A stretch of 58,592 nucleotides of DNA, the filler included, from Platydemus manokwari (Eukaryota): NCBI GenBank assembly GCA_037951405.1. It is 4 parts of 4 records of this genome, joined end to end, with 100 filler letters (N's around TTAATTAATTAA, not from the genome) between each part and the next. Parts side by side here need not be neighbours in the genome. Positions count along the whole stretch, not along the records: positions 21,965 to 34,542 come from JBBMOY010072234.1; positions 34,643 to 58,592 come from JBBMOY010555550.1; 2 more parts are not named here. The stretch is one strand, 5' to 3'. Under the pieces are notes generated by a model, which searched no databases, was not told where the DNA came from, and saw only the letters and a program-made list of their open reading frames with translations. Shown one piece after another: positions 27,355-38,469 of this stretch (positions are counted from its first letter, which is position 1; every line of letters begins with the position of its first letter). The position numbers and the translations under genes are program-made.

Positions 27355-29352
27355 AAGTTAACTTATAAAAATTAATATATAAGCTATTACTTAATAATCT
27401 TTCAAAGTAGTATAAAAGATTAAAAGGCTTACTATTTCCTTTAATTTTTCAATAATCCGTTATCTTGGTTCTGAATAATAATTAGCTGAAGATCTTCTTC
27501 GAATTGCTAGGTTCGGTTTTTAAGGATGATTCTCGTAGTTGGACGATTTTGTTCGGTTTCTTTTTCTACTCCCTTTTCTTTATTTCTCTTCTTCCTTTTA
27601 TAGAAATTGCAGTAATATTGCATTAATTAGCCTTGTCCACGGAAACCGCTTGTTAGTTAGAGACAACGGAAATCGATTGTTAACTAGAGATAATTGGTTG
27701 ACATATCGCTGCACAAGTTTAGTGACAATAGGATTCATTAACGATTATTGCCGGAACTGATTTCTTACTTATCAGAGTTAGTGAATTTGGAAAATTTTGT
27801 TTTCTTGATTATCAGAAATAATTAATTTGGAAAATTGTGCCTTCTTGTCAATTTTTTAATTCGATTTTATACACTTTCTTTTATTAAACTTTTTATTACA
27901 TTCATCTGTGGTTTATGTTAGTAATTTCTTATTTCCATTTTTGTTTTGTAAATTCTCAAATCCTATTTTTAGATTATTTTTCTATTTATTTATTTATTTA
28001 TTGCCATTTTCTATTTTTATTTTTATTTTTAAAATAATTATTTTATTTTTAGAATAATTATTTTGTTTTTATATTTCAGTGAATTATTATTAATTAATAC
28101 TCAATTCTCATTAATTGTTATTCTTTATTTATTTATTGTTCGCATTATTATTTTTTATTACAAATAATGGAATATTATTATATGTTATAAAGTTATTATT
28201 ATTTAACTGTAATATGATGTTCTTTTGTAATATGATGTTATTGTTGATGTGATGTTCAACAGTTATAAGATCAATAAAGCAATACTAGAGCCACTCATTC
28301 CGTCTCCATAAGTGGATTACAGTTGACAGAGGTGTTACAGACATGGACCAACAATAACATCTCAACAGTCATCAATGTCTTCAGTAGGATCATCTTCTCA
28401 ATTCCAATCTTCAGCCTACCTGAAGATAAGACTTCAATCCTAGTATCAATCTTCTTATCAATATCTGAAAAGGCCCCAATCTAAGTGGAAAGTCGATATA
28501 GATTATGACACCTTGTGACACTATTTGGATTTGACTCTTATAATTTTATTTTGACTTTTTGCATGAAATGATTATGATTTATTTGTGAATAATTTTGATA
28601 ATTTTATTCATGAAGATATAAAAAATTAATGTATAAAATTTAGTGTACAAAAATAATTAAATGTATTGGTGCAAAAATTATATTTTTGTAATGATGGATG
28701 AAATTATTGTATTATCGAAAACAATGGATGAAATAAAAATTAAATTTATAAATATAAAATATAAATGTGGACTAAAATTAATAAATTAAAATATGGGCGT
28801 ATTTGTTTGGGAAATCGAAATTTAAAAATGTGGGTGAAAAATAAATTAAAATCATTTATGTAGGCGGATTTGTAAAATAGTTTTAAAATCCAACTGGGAA
28901 AAAGAAAATAAAAACCAAAAATATTTATTCATAACCTGTGTTGGGAACTAACCAGGCCATTTTGAGCCAACCAAATTAACTAAAAAATAAGAATAAATTA
29001 ATATAAAAATTTTTTTTTCAAAAAACTACACATATTCATAAAATTCTAAATTTGTTTTACTGCACCAAAATTAATCGACATTAAGGTAATTGAGTAAAAT
29101 CATACTCAAATCTAAAAACAGATACAACGATGCAGGTAAAATTAAAATAACCACACTTGTTGTCATAAATAGACACATAGGCTAAAAATATTAACCTATG
29201 TTGTACATATGCTAAAATTAGCAACATATGCTACCAACCATAGAATGTTACCCAAAATAGCAACAAGATGTATGACTCACAATAAGAGACAAATTAGTAT
29301 ATATGCTGGCATAAACAGATAGCACTCGTACAATTACGACTCTTCACCTATT

Positions 29353-29421
29353 AAGCTAATTTTTACCAGAAGCTAATTTTTACAAGAAGCTAATTTTTAC
29401 AAGAAGCTAACTTTTTACAAG
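29353..29421. repeat. 17-bp minisatellite, about 4 copies
   Basis: Unit AAGCTAATTTTTACAAG repeated in tandem with minor variants. Confidence 0.9.
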
Positions 29422-30519
29422 CAAAGAATTATTGTATGCCAATTCTCCTGAAGATATTTTATTTCTATGATGTAATCTACGAGTAAATTTTTTATTGTTT
29501 TTCGACCCACGGCTATTATTAGTCTTGACGTCTTTTAAAATCACATAGGTTCTCACTTTAAAAGTTCCCCACTTTCAACTTTTTGTCACGAATAATAAGC
29601 CCAACAGAGGCGAAAGAACATCATAGTATTCGGGCAGCGATTACCAGTTGGTTATTAGAACTTCGGAGTTCTGATTACACTCAGACATTGACAGAAAGGT
29701 TCCAAAAATAGTTGTAATTAAATAAAAATCAAAATAAACCAAAGGCCTCCAAAAATCAACATATTTAATTCTTAAATAATTAAATTTAATTTGATATATT
29801 CAAAAATGGTAATTTATTTAATTATGGTACTGACTTCTAAAAGTTGTTTGTTCACGTGTACCCGATGAAATATCAGCAGCTAACATGATTTGAGTCTGTT
29901 TTGTTACAGTTTCTATTCAAGCGCACAGAAGTCTTTAACAAATATAAATTTAATGAATGAATTCACAAGAAATCCTTACTAAGACCTAATGATAATCGCA
30001 ATTCGCGTGAGTATAATTATTTATGAAATCCAAAAAATAAATTTGAAATTTTTTGATGTTGATTGTTCTCTCATTGGTCTTCATTATATTATTTGAACAG
30101 TAAAATGTAGAAATTATTTGTTAAGGCTTTTTTATTTTGTTGAAGCTATGTCGGGATAATACCCAAGCCTTATAATTTAATATATTATACAATAATACAT
30201 AAAAATAATAAAACCACATTAAGCAAATAAACCCACATTAATTAAAATACAGGCGTGTGGGGGGAATTATATTAGTAATAACCATAAATTTTTTGAAAAA
30301 ATGGTCATTATTCCACATTGCCATAGCAATTATAAGCATAGTCATAGAAATTCAAATTTAAATTCAAATTGCCATGACAATGGTGGATATTGCCAAGGGA
30401 ATCAGCAAATTAAATATAAAATAAATCATGCGCTCACATTCCAAAACACTATAAATACTGAAGTATAATTCAGTTTTTTCGCCACAAAACTTAACTAATT
30501 CCAAACGGATTATAGTTCA

Positions 30520-30661
30520 AGCGCGATTTCAAATTCTTTATTCGGCGAACCAGACTTGCGATCTGATAATCATTTACGTTAAAACGAATTACAGTACCAG
30601 CGCGACTTCGAATTCAATATTTGGCGAACCAGACATTGTAATCTGATATTTATTTACGTTA
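30520..30661. repeat. Two diverged tandem copies of a ~79-bp unit
   Basis: AGCGCGA.TTC.AATTC..TATT.GGCGAACCAGAC..TG..ATCTGATA.T.ATTTACGTTA at ~30520 and ~30599. Confidence 0.8.
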
Positions 30662-31791
30662 TATGCCCATTTCACAATAGTTAATTTTAATTGTTATACT
30701 AATCAATCGATATCATTCTCCGAAAGGAGATTTGTTGTCAATCAATAACACCTCACAAAGTCATAACTGAATTTGTGAGTTCTTAAATCATATTTTTTTA
30801 GTTTGTATACCACAGTGGGGCACCATTTAGTTCCCTTCGGCGGTTTTTCATTACTGATAAATTTCTTCAGGGCACGACAGCTTCTTTTTTCTAAAATTTA
30901 TCACATAGCACATTTGTCAATTATTATTAATAATAAAGTATTATATCATATTTTTGTCGTTATTGATATCTATGTATATTATCTACACGAAACTATTAAT
31001 CTGTGAAGTTTCAGATATTGATTGAAACGTCAATCTCTAACTCACGGTATCTCATCTAATGATATGACAAATTATCGATTGAAAAATCGTTGATTTATTA
31101 TTAATAAATAACCCAACCAAACAGGTTTCCATCAGCTAATTAAAAAGTATTATAATTAGTTGTATGTATATTGACATAGCTAGATACAGATACGTGCCTT
31201 TACATTTACAAGGTGAAATTGTTTGTCACGAATCCATGTTTTGTTCATTTTCAATAGAATAAACAGTTATCTAAATTAAATCCCAACAGATTTAATACCA
31301 CTAATTCATTGCTATCACTGTTGAAATCAAATCAAGTATAGCTTCGTGGTTAAGTCGTAATAAATCCAACAAAATTACCGGAAAGTTTTATAAATTACTT
31401 AATTTTTAATAACTGAATACAATAAAAATTTTTAGATCATACAAATAACAATGGGAAATTATAGGTTTTCACCTTAGTAACATCAAAAATTTCTCCATAA
31501 ACATAAATATGCAAAACCATAGATTCACGCATACACACGCTAATATATTTGCGAATATTTTTTAATTAAATCGAGATTTTTAAATCATTTCAAATGAATT
31601 TCCATCATTAGTTGCTGGAAGTATTAACGCAATAATTAAATAACATCAGGACAATATATTTTCAAAAAATTTGTTTTCAAATCTTAAAAAATCTATTTTG
31701 TTTAAATACAAAGCATTTCCCTCAACGTTAAAAACAGTAAAATTATTTCTGTGCTGAATTATATATCATATAAATGATAAAATCACAACGA

Positions 31792-33095
31792 TTATTTGAT
31801 TTGTTTTTTATTTTTATCATTTTCAATTTCTAGATTTTTTGTTTCGTTGGATTCAGAAACAATTTTCTTAATTGCATCACCAACTCTATCGGGTTGACCA
31901 GTTGTTTCTGCAATACTTTTTGGAATTAAAACATTTGGATTAATTACTATGTTGTCAACATCGGCTAATAAATCATTGGTACTATCATTTAAAAGATCCA
32001 TGCGCTTGCTTCTGAGTCTAACGATCTGTGCTTTGTCATCTTCGTGATAAGCGAACGATTTGGCAGGTAATATAAAAGCAGCAACATTTCGATCTTCATA
32101 ATTCAAGAAATTAAATGTTGTGAGAGCATCAGCCTAATAATTCAAAAAATCTATTATATAACATTTAAATGAAAAACAAATCCACACATATGAATTGTGT
32201 TTAAATTATTGAATTTGATTTTAAAATGAAGTTGATTAAACTACACTTAAATATAACACAATATCTTTTTCACAGGTGTTATCTTGGGACTAATATTAGA
32301 GGCAGTCATTGGATTGGTTAGGAATAGAAAATTTATTATTGGAAATGAATTAAATTTCTTTTAATAATTATTATTGCTGCGTGTAACCAAAGGCTTTCTT
32401 AAAGAAATTCACTTTTGAATTAATAACAGCCATAAATGCCCGTAAAATGTTATGTATACATATATAATTAAAAATATTTTAATTACAGTTGGTAGAATCT
32501 CAAAATTGATCTTAAGCTTTTTGGATAACTGTAATAAAGACTTGTAATCAGGCTTTGCATCTCTTGGACCTTTTCCAATGATAAGTATATCTAAAATTAT
32601 TTTACCATAGTATTTAACAAATCTTAATTATTTATCAGCTTTTCATGATTACCTAATTTTGGTTCAAGCACACTAATCAATTCCAAAGATTCTTCATTAA
32701 CTTCTTCAATATTAAGAACCTATAACAAATAGAAATGGCAGTTAATATTATAATTGATATTCGTATTTGTGAAGCCAAACACTTACATTCCAAAACAAAA
32801 CCGCTTTAGGTAGAGCAGTGCATGCACCAATTATCTTAAAATTATTACTCATTGTAAAACCGATTTCTGAGTATGATTTAAAATAAGTTTTTGCTGTGTC
32901 ATGATTTATAATATCTAAATTAGTCATTTGAGACATTTCACGGGAAGCATTTTCATCATAAATCGATCCAAACGCTTTTCCGGAATCGTATCTAAAAATT
33001 AAAATGACGTAATTTTTAATAAATTAAATAAAACTTTGCCTAACTGCCCTAAAAGTATGGTTAAGTTGCAAAAGGCGTTTCAAATAATTTAGCAT
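31792..33095 (-). CDS. ndufaf3: NADH dehydrogenase complex I assembly factor 3 (Mth938-like domain)
   Basis: Exons 33095-33040, 32991-32787, 32719-32653, 32590-32487, 32133-31792. Motifs SYSEIGFTMSNNFKIIGACTALPKAVLFWNV, ESLELISVLEPKLDILIIGKG and FEILPTADALTTFNFLNYEDRNVAAFILP. Basic, acid-free N-terminus (MLNYLKRLLQLNHTFRAVRY) fits a mitochondrial presequence. Confidence 0.9.
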
Positions 33096-34542
33096 CTGCC
33101 ACAATTATAAACAAATCAGAAATTCGCTATGAAAAACTTGTATAGTTAAAAGTATAACATAATAGAAGATTTTGAAATTTTTAATATCAATTTTTGTAAT
33201 TGTACTATTACTTTTTAAATGGTTAAATTTATACATAAATATTTTCACATTTATTATAATGTTGTAAAATCATTTTTATTGAATCTTATAATCAGTTTAT
33301 TTAGGTTTTGTATCTTCATGAATTCAGTTTAATTTGTTATCTGGTTATTACCTTTATTCTCCAATTTAATTATGAAAGTATCGTAATCCACTGTTTTAAT
33401 AATCATAAAATAAATATTATTCTTACTTAAACAATAGAAAATAAATAAAAATTTAATAATATTATTAATGGGTAATTTTTAAAAAATGTTATTTTTATTC
33501 TTTAAAGTACGCAAAACTTTTTAAAACGGCTTGCTAGGTTAAATTTGGTCCTTTTACTAAAACCTATCTTCCTATTAGTGAGCAAATCCACAATTGTAAT
33601 TGAAGATAATAACAAAAAGTAACAAAAGCGTTAGTGTTTGAATTTATCTTATTTTATTAAATAACGATATTATGCTCACGTTGCAGACACATGTTCATAA
33701 TTGTTAGATATCTGCTAACACTGAAAGTTCAAAAATGTAATTATGAATCAGAGTTGCACTTTAAAATCAAATTGTCAGTGTTCACACTCTAAATCACACT
33801 TAATAAAAATTTTTAATTAACAATACATAATGGGATCAGCACTCAAAGATAAAACAGCTAAAGAAATAACAAGCACAAAATATTGGTAGTCAGGATGATC
33901 ACGCAAAAGAATTAAAACAGAGAGAAAATTACCAATCACGAAAGTCTAGCAGTTACTCAGGAGACTCAGCAAGTTTTGTATACTTGACGTGTAGATTTAC
34001 TTTTTTATTCCTTAGAACCGTCAACATGCTAGTTTATTAGTAGATTCTCTTCTAACAGCCTTCTTCATTGCTTGTTGTTGATGAACGCCAATTGATAAAC
34101 TAATTTTGGGGGTATCTCATTGGCGCTTATCGTGCGCTTATCGTATCCATGTGATTATTTCGTAGTCTCTATAGTTACTTTGTTTTGCTTTTCTTACAGA
34201 CTCAAAAGAATAATAAATGTGAAAACAATAAAAATCAATAATAAATTATAGGGAAAATCTAGAAAAGAATACAGGGGAAAGATAAACCATGTAAATTCTT
34301 TGGGTGAACTAAAAATTAAAACAAAAAATTGAAAATTAAAAAAGAATGTTATAACAAGAAATTATAAGTAGATACATAGATAGTAATTCTAGAAATGAAT
34401 AATTTTATTGGGTCTATAACTTAAAAACCGGAATTTTTTTAGAACAATTGAGTGTTTATTAAAGTAAATCTTGTACAATTCTGTTATCCAAAGTAATGTC
34501 CATCGGAAGTTACAACATTTCCCCATCTTTCGGGCAATTTGT

Positions 34543-34642
34543 NNNNNNNNNNNNNNNNNNNNNNNNNNNNNNNNNNNNNNNNNNNNTTAATTAATTAANN
34601 NNNNNNNNNNNNNNNNNNNNNNNNNNNNNNNNNNNNNNNNNN
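34543..34642. other. Assembly gap with artificial linker
   Basis: 44 N + TTAATTAATTAA + 44 N. Confidence 0.97.
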
Positions 34643-35599
34643 AATTAAATTTATTCATTGAAATACAAATTTTAACTCATTTTTGTAAAAGCCGGAATCA
34701 TACTAATACACCTAATAGCTCATTTATTTTAACTTTCCTTTAGAAATTCCATTTTTATTAATTCGTAATATCTTATATATGTATATATAGTCAAGTGTTG
34801 ATTCATAAAGTAATTTCAAAGCAATCCAAATCAATAACAATGCTATTTAACTATTCTTAATTTTTCTATTTTAACAAAAAATTTAATTAAAAACGTAAAA
34901 TTTTTAAATCAAATATCGGAATTAAAAATAGTTAAACAGCTTTTATACAGAATTGGATTATTTTGAAGTTACTTTATGAGTCAACGTATAACTATTTCTA
35001 GCTTCCTCTGAATTCACTGTTTTCTATTTTCCCGATGCTTACCTTGAAGTCGTTTTGTTTTACTTTTCTTTAACTTCTCTTATATTTTATTTAATCCGCT
35101 TCACTGCATCCTAGTTTCTTGAGCATTTTTCTATCAATTGTTTTTAGTTCCTATTAACCCAAATTTTACGTTAAAATCTCTTATCTTGTCATTTCTGTTT
35201 CTTTATTCTTCTTCCATTGTTTATAAGGCTTCAATGGCCTAAGCATCTCTTCCTCTTTGGTCTCATTATCAGGATATAGTACAAAATTCTCATTAAATCT
35301 ATATGATTATGAGGTTTTTGGTATTTGTCTCCTCCAAACGTATATATAATACGAAAGATCATTGTTAGAAGAATAACTAACACTGAATGATCAAAGTAAT
35401 AATTGTAAAATAACAGTTCGTACAAATTCATTAATATTCTCAACGCACAATAATCAAAAATTCCAAATGAAAGTTATACAAAAAAGACGTTCCAAATGTC
35501 AAATATCAAATCACAGTGGGTTCAACATAGGTAAGATAAAAATAATAGAAAAAATTACCGACAATTAAAAAAACTAGCGGTTAACATATAGATTCAACT

Positions 35600-35950
35600 C
35601 CTTTTATAGACTTATCATATATGTTAACTTGTTCTCGTGCAGCTGTACTTTTTATTCGTTAGATCCGTCTGAAGAGCAGCTCATTGACAGATTTGTTTAT
35701 TCCGTGTGTTATTGGAGTATGTCGATATTCATTATTAGTGTGTGGCAATTGATGTCCAAATTTTATTTATGGGTTGACATTTTCGAGGTACTTGATTGAT
35801 TGCTGAATCATGAGTAATAATCTTTTGAAGGTTACATCGATGATTTCGATCATAATTTTTGATCGATTTATGCAGAATCCTTATCAACAATGAAATAGAT
35901 TTACTACAACACATTGTCATTTATGGTTAGCTCTTAGGAATTTATTCGAT
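35600..35950 (-). mobile_element. Possible Gypsy-type integrase relic
   Basis: Minus strand NEYRHTPITHGINKSVNELLFRR resembles the integrase motif YR.TP..TG.SP.ELLFGR. Confidence 0.35.
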
Positions 35951-37935
35951 ATCAGTGATCTAGAATTCTGTTGTTACCTTCTTTAATTATGATTTCAAAT
36001 AAAGACGTCGACCATTACTACTCCTGAGATCCTAACTATGATGGTTTTTTAGAAATAAAATCAATAATGATTTCTTAGCAAAAGAAATGATCACATAAAA
36101 TAAATCAAATGAAAAAATTGTCTCTCAACAGAATAAATTTCTGAAAGCTCAAATTTGTCGTGTTTTAATAAAACTACAAAAGCTTTCCATTGAAATGCTA
36201 ACAATGATCGAATTAAAATGGTTAGAATTAGCTGTTCAAAATTGGAATTCTGGAATGAGATTTGACATTCTTGATGATAGGAAGACAAATTCATAAAATT
36301 TCGAATTTAGGAATTATCAAATCTTTATTTTTAAAAAAACTTCATCGTTGAAAACACAAATTTGATAATTCTTAAATGTTGTGACCAATTTTTCTAATAA
36401 AATCAAAAGAAAAAATGGAGGTAAAATTACTTTTACATCAAACATATTTAATTCAACATCATTTTCGATTTCAAAATTTTTAAGCTCGTCTAAAATAATT
36501 AACAATTTTTAATAACTAAAATTCAGTTCATTCTCAAAAGATTCATATTTGAATTAATTGGATGTAAATATGCGAAAACAGATTTCAAAACATTAAATTT
36601 ACTCTGACGAATCAAAATAGAAATTTCAAATTAAAAAGTGCCGCGCTAATATGTAAATAGGTTTTTGTCTTTATATTTGTTCCGAAATCATTGTCAATAT
36701 TAGAATATTTTCATTTAGTGATGCACTTCGGCATTATAATTCAATTATTCTAACAATTTCTTTTAATCTCTGATATGATTTTCAACATAAATGATAACCT
36801 TAACATTATTGATACGTTATTTGAAAGTAATTGTGAATTTTTGTTTCTTTTTCATTCATATTTTCGATTTTACTCAAAAATATTTATTCGATACCTAAAC
36901 ACACGACACACAAATACGAAACACAATTAAAAAATACTCACAAATTAATCATAGAGTATTAACAAGTTTTGCCTCTGTAATGTAAGTGTATCTGAGTTGT
37001 ATTTTGAACAATTTGTAATTAACTTTTCCATTGGATTATTCGCGCGTTTTAATAATCGAAAAATGCTTTATTTATGCTTACCGATTAGTAGCCCGTTGAA
37101 ATAAATGCTATTTTCCTTCTGATTGGTCCCAAGAGTGATTTAGTTTTATTATATATAACATTCTAAGAAAAGTACCTTTTAATTAAATTTTATGAAAGCT
37201 ACTAATATAGCTTGAAAAATATTTTACAATAGATCGATAATCGGTGTTATCTTTAAGTAAAATAAAATTTTTCGGCTTAAGTTAAAAAATGATTCTTTTC
37301 ACCTACTTCCCTAGTGATGAATTTTCGAGCACTATGTAATTTTTGTAACATAATTTTATATACAATTGCGATATTTGGTTTATTCGTATAATTCAGTTAA
37401 TATCTCTCTTTTAGGATGTCGAATTTAGTCTAAATTTCTTTTACATTGGGTGTTTTTCAAAATCTAGTTAAATACGTATTCTTTAAGAATTAATATTTGG
37501 TATCTAAGATATCAAAAAATTAAACATAGAATGATCAAAATTTATCATTTTTTCGCTGAACTAGATCGTCATTCAGACATAGCATCTTAGTACAAACTGA
37601 CGATCTCGTAGTAAATATTATTAAAAATATTAAAATGCGTTTTCCTTATCAGTAATATATATTGAACAATTTCAATGACTAACATGTTTATATTAAATAA
37701 AAACAAAAGATTTTAAACACGAATCGATTAGCAATAAATCGGCAAGTGGTTCTCTAATTAGATATATAGGTTATGAGAAACACAAAAAGATTAATACTCT
37801 TTCATTAAAGCACAATATGTTAGAATAATAAATTTTGCTTGTTGAATAAGTCTTCTGGAAAATTTCATCTCCAGATATATTATTCAATATAAAATGATTC
37901 ACAAAAGATAAAACACTCTTTTCGTTACAAATGAA

Positions 37936-37941
37936 TTTATT
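37936..37941 (-). terminator. Polyadenylation signal of the prohormone gene
   Basis: AATAAA about 50 nt after the TGA. Confidence 0.5.
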
Positions 37942-37989
37942 TACCACCAAAATCTATTTTAAAGCCCGTGGTGAACATTTTTCTCACAA

Positions 37990-38428
37990 TCACAGATTCT
38001 CAAATCCACTTCCAAAAGTCATCGGATGGATGAGTCGCTTTTGAAGCAATCTTTTATAAATCTGGTATTCCGGAATTCGATAACCGGCGGAAAATCTCTG
38101 AAAATAGTTCGTTTTTTCATAAATATCATCTTATAAATTTTCCATTGCTTATTAGATATGTATTTGAAATTTAATAATATAATATAATATAATTTTTAGG
38201 AAAGGACTAAATAAAATATTTCCTATTTTGACTAAAATATAACGAGATGTGTATAATTCATTGTGATCATAATGACAATCATAATCACTTTAATTTTATA
38301 TAATTATAGAGGTTATAAGTAATAATATATGGTATTATTGATAAAAACTAATATTATACCTCTACACCTGCCCATACATCTGCCAAACATACCAAAGCTA
38401 TTAAAAGAACAGCAATTATGAGTTTCAT
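37990..38428 (-). CDS. Secreted peptide prohormone, planarin (SPP-6/7/8/9/17) family, 58 aa
   Basis: Exon 1 38428-38360 (MKLIIAVLLIALVCLADVWAGVE, donor GAG|gtataa); exon 2 38097-37990 (acceptor tattttcag|, RFSAGYRIPEYQIYKRLLQKRLIHPMTFGSGFENL*). Phase-0 join, hydrophobic signal peptide, two KR sites, C-terminal LIxPMTFGSGFxNL peptide, upstream TATA and downstream AATAAA. Confidence 0.9.
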
Positions 38429-38463
38429 TGTTGGAAATTATAAGTATGAATTATGTGGAGATA

Positions 38464-38469
38464 TTTATA
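38464..38469 (-). promoter_or_regulatory. TATA box of the prohormone gene
   Basis: GTATAAATA about 36-41 nt upstream of the ATG, which has A at -3 (acaATG). Confidence 0.6.

Noticed and set aside
29353-29421. Short direct repeats considered as a CRISPR-like array
   Set aside because: No spacers; a simple minisatellite in a eukaryote.
12418-34642. Palindromic TTAATTAATTAA recurring three times within N runs
   Set aside because: Artificial six-frame-stop contig spacer (44N+12+44N); not biological, and adjacency across these gaps is uncertain.
36600-36640. CTGACGA...GAAA hammerhead-like core
   Set aside because: Stems I-III could not be paired convincingly.
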